Shown here piece after piece: positions 13,217 through 27,452 of a stretch of DNA of 64,000 nt. Within the stretch, counting starts at the first letter, position 1, and every line of letters begins with the position of its first letter. A model generated the notes under the pieces. That model was not told the DNA's origin and searched no databases. It saw only the letters and a list, made by a program, of their open reading frames with translations. Source of the DNA: Octopus sinensis (Eukaryota); assembly GCF_006345805.1 (NCBI RefSeq), contig NC_043000.1, positions 14,694,001 through 14,758,000 on the forward strand, given 5' to 3'. The position numbers and the translations under genes were made by a program.

Positions 13217-13560
13217 CTGTACAGGGATAAAGGTTCAAATTTGATGTTGTAATTATGAATTAAGAAACTTGTTCACTATCTACTATGCTTTCACCACAAA
13301 ATTTTAAATATTTATATCTATAATAAGAAAAAAGAGGAGATTCTGTTACGAATGTCAAGGGCATTAATGAAATGAAGTGGTTTCTCTTGGAATTTGAAAC
13401 TAAGATTTAGACATGGTGTCTGTTAATGAGACAATAAATAAGCTTAAGCCTTGGCATAAGATTACATCTTTTGGGGGATGTGGGTAAAATTTATTGAATC
13501 AACTAGTTTTTGTCATCCTGAATGTAACTAAATACCACAAGGCATCATAACATTATATAG

Positions 13561-13890
13561 GCATAAGCATGGCTGTGTGTTTAAAAAGCTTGCTTTACAA
13601 CTACATGGTTTTGGATTCAGTGACATCTTGGTCAAGTATCTTGTATATCCCTGCCCCTACCAACAGACCGGCATGTATGAGTGTGTGCCTTTGTGTTTGT
13701 GCTCCCCACCCCATTACTTGGCAACCAGTGTTGGTTTGTTTATAGCTTCGCAGTTTGGCTCAAGAAACCAGTAGAATGAGAACCAGACTTAAAATAACAA
13801 AAAAGTACTGGGGTTGATTTGTTCAACCCTTCAAGGTGATGCCCCAGCATGACTGCAGTCCAATGATTGAAATAAGAAAAGGATAAAAGA
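13561..13890 (+). mobile_element. SINE family A, older copy
   Basis: Diverged head and tail. Confidence 0.7.
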
Positions 13891-14454
13891 AAAATACTGT
13901 GCTGTATCCACCATTGACTACTCAAATATTGATTTCTAAAATAGTCACAAAGACCTTATTTTATGGGTTTAGTCAGTTAAATGGACCTTGGGACTCAATT
14001 GGTATATTTGACAAACCCTGGAAGGATGCAACACAGTCGACCTTGAGAAAATTTGAATCCAGGACATAGAATTATTCAATTGAATATACAGTTTTGTTCA
14101 GTGGTTGACAGTTTCTCTATTACCTAATTAATAATAAAAAGAATGAGGAGAGGTGATTTTTTTTTTTCTTCTGTTCTTTTAATAATGTATTTTTTTTTTT
14201 GCCTGGATATGAGTGCAAGTGTTTTTAAACACAAAGAACTTCTACTGAACTGACCTATGGTGATTTATATGGAGACTGGTTTGCTTTGTTGACCTGTCAT
14301 GGTTCTTGTTGATGAAGTTGTCACTTATGTTCTCAACATTATCTTGGTATTTTGACTCTTGTTGACAATTGCAATGCAGTCCCATTTAGCACAACTGTTT
14401 GGCTGTTGACATTATTTTGATAAACAGGAAATGATGCTATCCTGTTGTCCTTTA

Positions 14455-14468
14455 TGTATATGTGTGTG

Positions 14469-14518
<50 letters not shown>

Positions 14519-14525
14519 ATATATG

Positions 14526-14559
<34 letters not shown>

Positions 14560-14580
14560 GATATACATACACACACACAG
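14455..14580. repeat. (TA)n/(CA)n microsatellite
   Basis: Seen directly; similar tracts at 6976-7026, 8784-8846, 49809-49866 and 59860-59950. Confidence 0.95.
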
Positions 14581-15258
14581 AGCACACTCACTAAAACAAA
14601 ACAACAATCTATACAATATAGAAATCTGTTATGTACAAATATTCCAACTATGTGTCTCTGTTTGCCTCTCTTTCGCCCCTACACATACACAACCACACAC
14701 ACACACACACAGATATATACACACATCTATATGTGTATATGTAAGTGTAATTGTAAACTGGACAAACTGAGAAGAAAAACACCTATCAACTTACACATAT
14801 TAAACATGATTACATTTCTGAGAGATAAAACATTTAAAACTATACATAGGTCTATTCTCTTCATCAGCCAGACTTCAAAAGAAATATCTAACTAACTCTG
14901 CTTATACACATTTGTAGCTACAATGTCTATAAAGGCATTATATGTAAGCAAAGTTGAGGATTCTTAAGCTTCAGTGAAATATTTATTAAGGCTACCTTCA
15001 CTTCCCCAGAATCCCACTACAATTTCAAATATATAATTTAAGTCATGGGACTGGAGCTATATATTAGTAACTATACTTTAAATACATAGAAAATATTTTT
15101 GGGGGGCAAAGGTTATGAAACTGGTTATTGAGTCCTTTCTGTCATTGGTGGCATTTTGTGTGCCTGATAATTTGTTTGAGCGTTTTTCCATCATCTATAT
15201 AAACAAGGTTATTCAAATATATATTTCTTTCAGTAGTCAGGCTAATGAAACAGCTATA

Positions 15259-15481
15259 CAGGGGTGGGCAAAAGCAGGTATGTAATTGCTTAATATGCGT
15301 GGAATGTTTTTCTTTCTCTATTTCTAAGCGATTCATAAGTCAACTAAGGGTTCTGCAGGAGATTCCTAAGTTCATTGGGGTTCACTTTTTTTTATTTCTG
15401 GGAACTTTGAGTGAATGCTTGAGCCACAAAGCATTTCATTTTCTTTAGTGGCGACTATAAACCTACTTAGGTGCACCCCTG
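15259..15481. mobile_element. Tc1/mariner-type MITE
   Basis: TA-CAGGGGTGGGCAAAAGCAGGT...ACCTACTTAGGTGCACCCCTG-TA: imperfect TIRs and TA TSD. Confidence 0.7.
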
Positions 15482-16418
15482 TATATGTGTGTGTTACATG
15501 TTTATCTTCCAGTTCCCACATGAAAAACTACATGTTTCATAATATGTTGGATTTGTTTGATTTTCAATTCATTTTAGTTTTTATAGAAATACAAACGCTC
15601 TTGTCCTAAATAGTTCTGTTGAACCTTTTTTCTTTTTCTTTCTTTTTTTTTTTTTTTTGCAGACTTTCCACAGAACTGCATCTTTATTTCGTTTCTGTCA
15701 TATTAAATTCTTTATTAATTTCTCTGCTTGCTCTCCTCTTCCCTACTACATTCCATCACCCATCTGCATAACAATCTGTCCACTTAACTACCTACATATC
15801 TTGTATGTATGTGTGTGTGTGTGTGTGTCTGTCTGCGTATACACACACACACACTCCCCACACAGTCACACGTAGGCAGTATGTTGTAAACATTGATATC
15901 AAGTAACACATAGCCAATGATAAATTACTGAGTAACCTACCTAGTTTACATTTTTTTCCAAATAACTCTACTCACCTGGTTTAATGCTGTAAAATGATTG
16001 GATAAAATTATTTCCTTCCTGTATAAGTTCTTCCTGTCAGTAACCCAAAACAATTTCTTTTTCTCTCTCTCTCTCTCACTCTCTTTGTCTCTCGCTCTCT
16101 CTCATAAATATATTTATATATATATATATATATATATAATGAAATAGAGGTACTTTAGTGGAATGCCACACAGCTGTAAAAATACTCTTCCATTCCAACA
16201 ATAAGCATGCAATGAAGTTTCCATAAATCATTATCCCCTTGATAGTAGAGCAATTGGTTATATGTGAACCTAGGCTTCATAGGTCATTATTAACTTGTCA
16301 CCTATAAGCCAAACACACACACACTCTTTCTTTCTTCTCTAAATGGCTACTTTAGTTTCCATATTCAGCCTTAATTCTATGCTGGCTATGAATTTATCTT
16401 CAGTGCACTCTTAAGTAA

Positions 16419-16635
16419 TTTAGTTTAGTTTAGTTAATTTTTGGCTCAAAAGCAAATAGCAAGGCCATGTAGGGGGACATGGAGTACAGGGTGGTGTTCA
16501 TGTAAAGAGTTCAGGCCACTTGAGGTCAAGGGAGACTTTGAACAAAGCGGTCATCAGCATCTTCACCATCTCGTCTGGCAGCTTGTTCCACGGATCCGCA
16601 ACCGGGACGGAGAAAGCCCCTCTCCTTCGATTGAG
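16419..16635 (-). mobile_element. CR1-type LINE 3' end
   Basis: Minus strand LNRRRGAFSVPVADPWNKLPDEMV..LFKVSLDLKW* matches the CR1 C-terminal FS.RV...WN.LP...FK..LD pattern; (CTAAA)n tail. Confidence 0.75.
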
Positions 16636-17009
16636 AGTAACATGCACTACACAAGTTTTCTTTGCCTACATTGTTATCTACCTCCACCATTCATTGGAGG
16701 TTCATTGGAGTTCATTTAATTTTTTTATGAACAAAATGGCTGCAAGTTTGTCTGTTTTGGTTAAGAAGCTTGCTTTGCAACCTTGTGGTTTTGGGTTTGG
16801 TCCCTCTGTGCAGCAATTTAGGTAGGTGGCTTGTACTATAGCCTAAGGCCAACCAAAGCCTTGTGAGTGGATTTGGTAGACTGAAACAGAGAAGTCCGTT
16901 ATGCGTGTGTGTGTGTGTGTGTACACTTGCATGTAGGTATGTGTTTGCGTGTACTCTTGTCTCAATGCCATGTGATGGATGTAAATGAGCTTCATCGTCA
17001 TATTCATGT

Positions 17010-17260
17010 TGGCTCCCCTCATGTCAATTATGAATGTTTTGCACCAAATAATTTTTGGTCTTCCTCTCTTTTTCCTTCTGGTAATGTCTTTCTGGAAGGT
17101 GTTTTAGAATTGGTCTGGTAGCCAGACTATGTGGAACTGTCAGTTTTAATCTTTGTTCTGTCATGATTTCACTAAGTGGCCTTATGTTAGCTCTCTTTAG
17201 AATGTCTTTATTGGTTATGTGGTCTTGCCAGTACATTCTCAAAATCCATCTTTGGTAGAA
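17010..17260 (-). mobile_element. Old RTE LINE fragment
   Basis: ILRMYWQDHITNKDILKRANIRPLSEIMTEQRLK and a downstream GKRGRPK-like motif, typical of the post-RT region of RTE. Confidence 0.7.
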
Positions 17261-18993
17261 ATTGTCATAGCTAAAATTGGCCCTTTTTCAGAAATGTCTA
17301 AATAGGCAACATTTAAAGGTTTGACCCCAATTAAATTCCCAATTTTTAATAACAGATCAATCACTTCTGGCATTTTTGATGATTTCCTCTCGTTTTTTTG
17401 GTAGATAAGAGAATGGTATGGATTAAATTTTGGAAATCTGGTATCACTACATAGTGATACAAATCCTTTGTTGCAAGGCTATAATACTTGGCATACTGTT
17501 TCTAGTGATTGATGGTAAGCTGAAAATTTGTCATTTTGTTTTTTAATGATTCATAAATATCTTTTCTGTGAGTTTTGGCTCGTTATGGCAATAACTTAAC
17601 AAATCTTTTTCTTACAGTGCAATCCTCAAACATTAGAATAATACAAATGCACATTTTTATGTAATGTTGATAAAAATCTGTTGATTCATGCACTTGCAAT
17701 GAAAATTATTTCCACATTGCAACACCATGTAATTCTTCAGTTATGTCATGAGGCATTGTTTCAATTCCCCTAGTTACAGTTTTCCTTGATAACTGCTACC
17801 CATTGCAGCTTTTACAGCTGCATTGTTTTTAAAATTCACAAACAGCAAATCACTAGATTCCAAAAAGCTTCCTTCACCATTTCACCATCTTTGAATTTTT
17901 CTTTTTGCTTTACACCATTTAATGTCTTATTTGAAATTATGTGAGAAGAGTAGTAAAAAAATTTAGAAATTGATGTTTTGAAAAATGATTCTTGCTTTTC
18001 CAAATTTGAAATTTCTTTCTTTTTCTTTTTTTTTTTTTTTCATTTTTGAATTTGAAAGAAACAGTTATGAATATTTTATGAACAATACTAAAGTGTCTTC
18101 CCCCTGTTTGCTTCAACAAATTCTGTCCAACCCATGCAAGCATGGAAAAGTGACCATTAAAACTGCAATGATTAAATCTGAAGTATTACCGTATGGCTGA
18201 TGTATCATTCAATGACAAGATGTAGCAAATTCAGAGGAAAATGTTGAATCTGACTCTCATTTACCAAGAATATGAAGATTGTTCTGTGGTGGCCATCGCT
18301 TCAAGTTCATATTTCCAAATTCAGTTTTTTGGTTACTCTTTTTTACTCTTTTACTGGTTTCAGTCGTTTGACTGCAGCCATGCTGGAGCACCACCTTTAA
18401 TCGAGCAACTCTACCCCAGGACTTATTCTTTGTAAGCCCAGTACTTATTCTATCGGTCTCTTTTGCCGAACCGCTAAGTGACGGGGATGAATCAGCAGAA
18501 GTTTAGCCATTACCTTCTGCCAGAGCTGCGTGGAGCTTAGGTGTTTCGCTCATAAACACACACATCGCCCGGTCTGAGATTCGAACCCACGATCCCTCGA
18601 CCGTGAGTCCGCTGCTCTAACCACTAGGCCATGTTTGAGATTTTCACAATTGAATTGGATTTTCTCTGTTGTTTATTGTTGAGAAAATTCCAGAAAAGCA
18701 AAAGCATCAGTTCAGTTTATGAAGGGAGTGTTTCACAATTGACAATGGCATGTTATCAACAGTTATGTTTAGAACAAGTCATTCTAAAAGAAAAACTACA
18801 AAACATTTAGTCACATTATGAGGAAAAATTGTTCTTGCCACCATTCGTCATGATAGTGTCTGGTTTTCCAGTCTATCTCTTTTTTTTTTTTTTATTCATA
18901 GTATGTTTTGAAAAAAATTTTAAATAAAGTGATTTTGATTGGTACAGGAATTATGTTTGTGATATAGATTTCGAGTATCTAATGGTAAATTAT

Positions 18994-19220
18994 TTAACCC
19001 TTTATCATTTAAACCAGTCTTATCACACCCAAATATTGGATTTCTTATGTTCAACCTGGTAAGATCCACTACCTCACACCTACCTTATAATGACATTCAA
19101 CAAAATAAACAATCATATCATTAAAATCTCGAAGCTACAAGATAATGTATGATTAATTCAAAACAAGGTGAATAAATGAGCATTACATTTGACAGAATAA
19201 TCTGATTGCTAAAGGGGTAA
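18994..19220 (+). mobile_element. MITE family D (diverged)
   Basis: TTAACCCTTTA start; co-linear with other copies. Confidence 0.8.
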
Positions 19221-19788
19221 TTGTGTTTTCCCAAAAGATATAAATGTTAATACATACAATATTGAAAGATTGGCATGTTTAAAAAAATGTCCTAAGGCAT
19301 CATTGTCTTGATTCTTATATTAATTAGCTGGCTCTTTTCAAGCAAATTTTAATTGTCCTTTATTTGAAATATTTCCAAAAATTCATATATACAATCAAGT
19401 TTTCTATTAAACTTCCTGTGAAATAAATATATAAAAACTATTTTTTAAAAATTAGTTTTTCTTTTTTTTTCTTTTGCCTCCATTACGAGACTGAAACTAA
19501 ATATTTAATTATCTGGTGTTATAAATTACTTTCTACTTCATTATACCATTGTTTTGCGAAACTCTACTTTAATAATGACTCTCACGGCTGCCTACTGAAT
19601 ACTTTATGAAAACAAACATAACAGTTGTTAACAATGTCAGGCATGGCTATGTGGTTAAGAAGCTTGTTTTGCAACTGTGTAGTTTTCAGGTTCAGTCCCA
19701 CTGTGCGGTACCTAAGACAAGTGTCTTCTACTATAGCCCTAGACTAACCAATGCCTTCTGAATGAATTTGGTAGACAGAAACTGCATG

Positions 19789-20023
19789 TAAGGTGGCAAA
19801 CTGGCAGAAATGTTAGCACACCGGGCGAAATGCTTTGTGGTATTTCATCCGCCACTGCGTTCAGAGTTCAAATTCTGTTGAAGTCGACTTTGCCTTTCAT
19901 CCTTTTGGGCTCGATAAATTAAGTACCAGTTACACACTGGGGTCAATGTAATCGACTTAATCCCTTTGTCTGGTCCTTGTTTGTCCCCTCTATGTTTAGC
20001 TCCTTGTAGGCAGTAAAGAAATA
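19789..20023 (+). mobile_element. tRNA-derived SINE family B (MetaSINE-like central domain) nested in a family A SINE
   Basis: Central gtcgactttgcctttcatcctt..cgataaattaagtaccag; 12-bp TSD agaaactgcatg at 19777-19788 and 20024-20035. The domain name is recalled, not searched. Confidence 0.85.
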
Positions 20024-20603
20024 AGAAACTGCATGGAGCCTGTTGGGTTTGTGTAGATGTATGTATACATATTGTATGTCTGTGGATACTTGTACATATA
20101 ATACATGTACATAAATACATATATATTGTGTTGCGAGCCCTTAACTCATTGATGAAATTGTGAGGAATGTCATGACATAGAGTGCATCTTGGACATTTTA
20201 ACTGTTAGTAGGAGCCCATCCATCTCCAGGTCTAACTGCTTTCACTTTCTTCCAAAAGGAAAGAGAGAGAGAGAGAGAGACAGGCTGAAGGAACGAGAAA
20301 AAGAGAATAGGTAATCTCATGCAGGATGGGTACTTTATTTGTCAAGCCCAAAAGGATGAAGTGCAAAGTTGGCCTTGGCAGGATTTGAACTCTCAGTGCA
20401 AAGAGCCAGAACTATTAATACAAGTAATCTTTCTAATACTCAGACAACTCTACCAGTCACTCATCTAAATACACTTGTGTGTGTGTGTGTGTGCGCGCGC
20501 GCGCATGCGTGCATATGTATCTGGGTATGTGTAGGTGTACATATGTATGCATGACTGTATATTTGTGAGCATATATACATACATGCATGCATACATACAT
20601 ATA

Positions 20604-21023
20604 TGGCACTCGTACAAGTGGAGCACTAAAAGCACCATCTGAGCATGATCGCTGCCAGAGCAGCTGACTGGCTTCCATGCCAATGGCACATAAAAAGCAC
20701 CATTCAAACATGATCGTTACCAGCGTTGCCTTACTGGCACTTATGAAAAACATTCGAGTGAGGTCATTGCTAGTGCAGGTGGCACGTAAAAAACACCATT
20801 TGAGTGTAGCCATTGCCAGTACCACCTGACTGGCCCTCATGCCGGTGGCACGTAAAAGTACCCACTACACTCTTGGAGTGGTTGGCGTTAGGAAGGGAAT
20901 CCAGCTGTAGAAGCTCTGCCAGATCAGATTGGAGCTTGGTGCAGCCATCTGGTTCGCCAGTCCTCAGTCAAATCGTCCAACCCACGCTATCATGGAAAGC
21001 GGACGTTAAACAATGATGATGGT
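20604..21023 (+). mobile_element. SINE family C: tandem modules plus ttggcgttaggaaggg..aacccatgctagcatggaaagcggacgttaaa(GAT)n tail
   Basis: Four ggcac..taaaa..acc modules precede the conserved 3' tail. Confidence 0.8.
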
Positions 21024-21745
21024 GATATATATATATATATATATATATATTGCACACACACATATACTCACACAAAGTTACAAATTATATAACTGTGCAT
21101 ATAATCTTTTTTGTTTGTGTATGAATTCCAGAAAATCTGTCATCCATGTTCAATATTCTCATTGTTGGTATTTTTGTTGGTTGTTTGCTATTATTGTCCA
21201 GATGAAAGGTGACTGTTTCTGGTACATGTAATGTGTGTCAACACTGTCACACCCTTCTAATACACTCATCCCATCCTAATCTCGTTTTGTGCATATGTGT
21301 GTGTTTGTTTAGAGTGTAGGTGTGGCTGTGTGGCAAAAAGTTTGCTTCCAAATCCCTTGGTTTTGGGTTCTGTTACACTGTGACACCTTTACCAAGTATA
21401 TTCTACTACAGCCATGGTCCAACAGATACCTTCTAAGTGGATTTGGTAGACGGAAACTAAAAGCCTGTTATGTGCTTGTTTCATCATCTTCACCATTTAA
21501 TATCTGCTTTCCATGCTGGTGTGGGCAGGATGGTTTGACATGGAACTGGTGAGCTTCAGTGCTGTGTCAAGCTCCAATGTCCTTCGGCATCGTTTCTACA
21601 GCTTTATACCTTTCTTAATGCCAACCACTTTACAGAGTGTATTAGGCACTTTTTTCATGCCATGGCACTAGTGAGGTTACCATGTAGCTTGTCAGACAAA
21701 AAACAACAGAAGGGAGGACAAAACCCCCACTACTATATATATATA

Positions 21746-22120
21746 GTGGCTGTGTAATAAGTAGTTTGCTTACCAACCACATAGTTCCGGGTTCATTCCC
21801 ACTGCATGGCACCTTGGGCAAGTGTCTTCTACTATAGCCTCAGGCCGACCAAAGTTTTGTGAGTGGATTTGGTAGACGGAAACTGAAAGAAGCCCGTCGT
21901 ATATATATATGTATGTGTGTCTGTGTTTGTCCCCCCAACATTGCTTGACAACCGATGTTGGTGTGTTTACGTCCCTGTAACTTAGTGGTTCGGCAAAAGA
22001 GACCAATAGAATAAGTACTAGGCTTCCTAAGAATAAGTCCTGGAGTTGATTCGCTTGACTAAAGGCGGTGCTCCAGCATGGCCATAGTCAACTGACTGAA
22101 ATAAGTAAAAGAATAAAAGA
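21746..22120 (+). mobile_element. SINE family A
   Basis: Near full-length co-linear copy. Confidence 0.88.
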
Positions 22121-23185
22121 ATATATATATATGCACACAAACACACACACACACACAATGAGATATTATAATAGTAAATTAATATATTGTGATATATTAA
22201 ATACATTATAATGTAAGTAGTTATAGCAATTAAAACCAGAAAGGCAAAATTCATAAATGAGGGTGCAAAATAAGAGCTAAAAAATATAACTCGGATAGCC
22301 ACATAAAATCACCAACCTCATGGTATGTGTTTGTTTGTTACTGTCCCTTTGTTTTGACATGACCTAATAGTCGTAAACAGGTGTCACCACCATGCTAGCA
22401 GTGTCCTTTTTCCAATCTTCCTTGTTTGGTCTTAGGGAATATATTACTTTACTTGGAAACAGGTAAGGATTGGCAACAAGAAGGGCATCCATTCAACCCA
22501 TATGAGCATTAAAAAAGTAGACTTCAATTTATAAGACAATTTAATGCTGCATAAATCTCTCTCTCTCTCTGCTTCCTTTTTTTTTCTTGCCTTTTCATTC
22601 ACCTACTTCCTTCATTTGCCTCTCTATACATTGTCAGGTCTATCACATTGTTCAATTATGATTATTTATCAATCATACTTAAACTGATTATGATCGTTTT
22701 AACTTACACCTTTGACAAACAGTTCTTTACAATTCTCAGTAGCATCAGCTTGACATTTTAATATTGTTAGGCTGAAAGTTCTTCCATTTATGGTGCTTAT
22801 GATAGTGGTTGCATTAGTTCTAATCATCTCCACAGAGGCAGATTTATGATATTGAGTTAATCAATCAAACATTTATAGGCCAACATGTCAGCACACTTGA
22901 TAGGTTATGTTTCAGTGTGGTCTAAAACTACAAATTTCATGCTAACGCAGTCAATGCAATAATCTATCCATGTTCCAATGAGTTTGCAGTATAGATTGTT
23001 TTTGTATGTATATGAAGTGGTTGGAGAAGAGATGGTTGGTGTGGTTGTGTAGGCCCAATCAGTTCCGCTTGAACTTATTTATTTAGGGAGCAGTTTTTCA
23101 AGAGATTTGGCTGCCATTGCTAGTAGTGTCTCTATTAGTTCCAGATGAGCTAGATAATTCAGATTTAGTGACAAGAAGAAGAATA

Positions 23186-23420
23186 AGGCGGCAAGCTGGC
23201 AGAAACGTTAGCACACTGGGCGAAATGCTTAGCGGTATTTCATCTGCTGCTACGTTCTGAGTTCAAATTCCGCCGAGGTCAACTTTGCCTTTCATCCTTT
23301 CGGGGTCGATTATATAAGTACCAGTTACGCACTGATGTTGATATAATTCAATTAATCTGTTTGTCTCTCCTTGTTTGTCCCCTCTGTGTGTAGCCCTTTG
23401 TGGGCAGTAAAGAAATAAGA
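23186..23420 (+). mobile_element. SINE family B
   Basis: Full-length ggcggcaagctggcagaa...aaagaaataag. Confidence 0.88.
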
Positions 23421-23494
23421 ATAAGTAATGTAAGTTCTCTGGACATTACTGTCTTTAGTCCTAGGACTCATGTATAAGTGACAAGAGAGCACAA

Positions 23495-23678
23495 CATTTT
23501 TCTTGAGTGGGATACCAGTCTGTTGCAAGGTTATCCATTTACAGCTGAGTAGACTGGAGCAATGGAAAATGAAATGTTTTTTGCTCAATAACACTATGCA
23601 CTACCCAGTCCAGGAACTGAACTCTTGATCTGGTGATCTTGAGTGCAACACCCTAACTACTTGGCCACATGTCCTCAC
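23495..23678 (-). mobile_element. Old tRNA-derived SINE (related fragment at about 4630-4790)
   Basis: Minus strand gtggccaagtagttagggtgtt head, B-box-like agttcagttcc, then ttgagcaaaaaacatttc..ctactcagctgtaaatgg. Confidence 0.6.
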
Positions 23679-23980
23679 ATGGCTCAGATTTACTAAAAGT
23701 TTTTTCTTTAAAGAAAGTGGTTGGCAATTCAACATAATTTTATTCTAAATTTGGGTGTTTATCACTGGTTTTATGAACATCAGTATTTTTTGTTTGATTT
23801 GGTCTGGTGGATGTTATGATGCCACAAGTGCTTGGTCCTGTTATTGAGAGATTTATTTTGTCATTTCATTGCAAATTAGCACCATGCTATCCTTCAGAAA
23901 CCTTCATTCAATGCTGCTTTAAATCTGATCCTAAGCAAAGATTGGCACAGTTACTGTGTGGCAGTATCAGAAGACATTGT

Positions 23981-24127
23981 TTTGGCGTTAGGAAGGACAT
24001 CCAGCTGTAGAAACATTGCCAGATAAGACCGGAGCCTGGTGCAGCCTTCTGGCTTCCCAGATCCCCGGTCGAACCGTCCAACCCATGCTAGCATGGAGAA
24101 CAGACGTTAAACGATGATGATGATGAT
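23981..24127 (+). mobile_element. 5'-truncated SINE family C
   Basis: 3' tail only; others at 6190-6238, 48313-48404 and 62464-62511. Confidence 0.8.
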
Positions 24128-24527
24128 TGCTGTATGTTACTAGTATAGTTCACTGACCTAACAGTTTATAGTCTCTATTGGTGGAATGTGAACTGTTTTC
24201 AATCTAAAACACTGACAAATGATATTGGATAACAGTTGTTCAGGATACACATTCAACTTAGGGATATACTGGCTAATTCTGTAAGATGGGAATTTATATA
24301 ATGTACACATAAACAGTTTTGACCCCTGCCTTCAACAACTCACATGAGATCTCTAAATGTCAGATGGAAAAGTGGGACAGAAGTTAACATACAAGCATTG
24401 ACTGTACAACTTTTAGGTAAATAAATTTAGATCCCTTGACATGATTATAGGCAGAGGTATGGCTGTGTGGTAAAAAATTTTCCCAATTACTTGGTTTCCG
24501 GTTCAATCCTACTGCATGGTACCTTGG

Positions 24528-24683
24528 TTCAAATTCTACCGAGGTCAACTTTGCCTTTCATCCTTTCGGAGTCGATTAAATAAGTACCAGTTATGCACTG
24601 GGGTCGATATAATCGACTTAATCCGTTTGTTTGTCCTTGTTTGTCCTCTCTGTGTTTAGCCCCTTGTGGGTAGTAAAGAAATA
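24528..24683 (+). mobile_element. 5'-truncated SINE family B nested in the CORE-like region of another SINE
   Basis: 10-bp TSD ggtaccttgg at 24518-24527 and 24684-24693. Confidence 0.85.
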
Positions 24684-24791
24684 GGTACCTTGGGCAAGCA
24701 TCTACCATAGATGGCCAACAAAGGCCTAGTGAAGTGATTAGGTTTGATTTGGTCTGGGGGATTTTATGATGGTACACCTGAGAGAAGCCCA

Positions 24792-24824
<33 letters not shown>

Positions 24825-25974
24825 GTTTCTTGTCTCCTTGCCTTGACATCAAATGGCTGTTGTAAGAGAATATTACCATCATACAGGTGGTGTTCTTCAT
24901 TTCTCATCTTCTATATAAACATGTTTGACCATACTTTACTTGGGAATTTAGTGAATAGATTGCAGTGGGTCTTTTGCTAATATGTATCTGCAAAAAATGT
25001 AAACATAGGTAATATAATGTAAAGTATGTATATAATTTCATTTTTGTATTTGGCTTTCATGTTTCTTGATGTGAATTTGTGTGTTGAAACAAATCTTGTG
25101 CCTTGGAAGGGTCATTATGCCAATAACAACATACGCACTGGTTCAATATCACTTCTTTATTATTAGTAAATTGGTTAATAAATTTATTATTATATCTAAC
25201 CAACTAATTGATCATTTGTTTAATGTGTTGGTTAAACAATCGATCAGTTTTTGTTTGTCAAGATCCTTTTTTCGCTATTTGCAACCTCGTCAATGACATG
25301 CTGTCTCTGTTGAAGGTCTGCCTTGAGTCTGTCTGAGAATTAGTTTTATACCTGTATGTGTGTATATAGATGTATCTCTCAGATATACTGGGATTTGCTT
25401 GTCATCCTTGTAAAAATTTACGGGTGGTGTTCTTTATGAGGGGAGGGGAAGGGGAGAACAAGGTAGGTGTGTGTGTGTGCACACACAGGAGTGTGTTTTC
25501 TTGTGTGCATGTCTGTGTGGTTGAGTCCGTTCTGTGAGTGTATATGTCCGTGTGAGTGTTTATGTGCGTGTGATGTGGCAGGTCTTTTGAATAAGCAATC
25601 ATCTGTGTATGTCTGCATGTATGTATTTTTGTGTGTGTGTGTGTGTATGTTCCTGCATATTATGTACATATGCACCTGTGCCTGTTTTTGTGCTGTGTGC
25701 ATGGATATGCATTCTTGTGCATGTCTGGCCATGCATGTGTGTGTGTGCATGGTTGTGTATTGGAGTCGTTCATAATTACATGTATTCATTTGCATGGATT
25801 TCTATGCATCCTACTGTTATTCTAACCCTACCTTTTATATATCTGCCTGTACCACCACACACATGCCCATCCACATGCAGATGTACCCATAAATGCATAT
25901 TGTATGGGTGGTAACTGGCATTGTGGTTCTACTACATGCTATACATATTTTCTATTGAGAATTGGTAATGTCAT

Positions 25975-27060
25975 TTATGAGAACAGACTTGGGTGTCTGT
26001 CAAAGTGATGGGTCTCTTGGGTGTTTAGACAAGATATAGATGCTAATTCGATTTGGTATGCTGCCTTGTTGATCTTTAACATGCTATTAGAGTATAGACA
26101 ACTCTTGTCGTGCTCTTGTCGGTGTTCATTTTGTGTCTCTGCTAAAGTCCTGAAAGTTTCCTTGATGCATGTATTATTTTGGTTCTTAAAATCCCCCTCC
26201 ATTCGCTGTATGTTGTAGACCACATTCTTGGTCTTACAGTTTATTCAGGGGTTAAAGGTACATACAGTGCAGTTCCTATCAGTATATGTGGTCTTGTTGA
26301 AGGGGTACATCTTACATAACCGTGATCTGATGGCCCTCCTTGGTTTCTCTACAATCTTACTGTAGAGTTTGGTGTCCTTCAGAGCCTTCCTAAACTTGTG
26401 GGTTAACTCTACAAACATCACCACTTAAAATTTGTCTCATACCACATGTTCATTCTGTTTGCTTTATCATGTTCTCTGTAGTCTGTTCCATTGCTTGTAC
26501 TGATATCTAAGGTGGGTCCACTGACATCCTTATGATATTATCTAACTTATTCTTAGCACCCCCATACTCTCTGACCCTATCTCTCTGGTTGTCGCCAGAG
26601 AACTGCACATGGTGCATAAAATCTTTATTTCATAAAGTTCACACAGAAGGTGGAGGACACATTGTTCATTATTCTAACTAAATCTGCTATAAGAATGTTT
26701 ATCTTACATTGTGTGATAAAGCCGAGTTCTTGTGAATAACAAATTTGGAAGCTATGGGTTTCTTATAATAGGAGTGGAGGAGTTGGACTTCGTTGTTTGT
26801 AGTGTCTAACCAAAGTTCAGTATTAATGATAGGGAGTCTATTGTTAGGGTGCCTAGTAGGATAGTCTATCATTACCTTGATACTATGATAGGAGTTAGCT
26901 ACGTGCTGGATGGTCTTCATCGTACTTCTCTTGGCTTACTCAGTATGACCACATGGGATTGCCCTAACTACAATATTGATATCATCTACTACATATCTAC
27001 AGTATAACAGTTACAGAGTGTTCATCTAGGGATTGCCTACGTTTTTGTCCCAGCAGATAG
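25975..27060 (-). mobile_element. Decayed Penelope-like retroelement (RT C-terminus/thumb plus GIY-YIG endonuclease remnant)
   Basis: Minus-strand peptides IKVMIDYPTRHPNNRLPIINTELW..LLHSYYKKPIASKFVIHKNSALS (PLE RT end) followed by VVYNIQ..IKETFRTLAETQNEH (degenerate VVY..YIGET.RTL..R..EH). Many stops and frameshifts. Confidence 0.8.
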
Positions 27061-27067
27061 AAAATAT

Positions 27068-27254
27068 ATTCTTTTACTCTTTTATTTGTTTCAGTCATTT
27101 GACTGTGGCCATGATGGAGCACTACTTTTAGTCGAACTAATCGACCCCAGAACTTATAAACTTATTATTTATTAGCTTAGTTAGAACCGCTAAGTTACAG
27201 GGACATAAACACACCAACATCAGTTGTCAAGCAATGGTGAGGGGACAAACACAA

Positions 27255-27285
<31 letters not shown>

Positions 27286-27452
27286 TACATACATACACAA
27301 TAAGCTTCTCTCAGTTTCCATCTACCAAATCCACTCACAAGGCTTTGGTTGGCTCGAGGCTATAGTAGAAGGCACTTGCCCAAGATGCCACACAGTGGGA
27401 CTGAACCCAGAACCATGTGGTTGGAAAGCAAGCTTTTTACGACACAGCCACT
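27068..27452 (-). mobile_element. SINE family A
   Basis: Co-linear reverse copy. Confidence 0.85.
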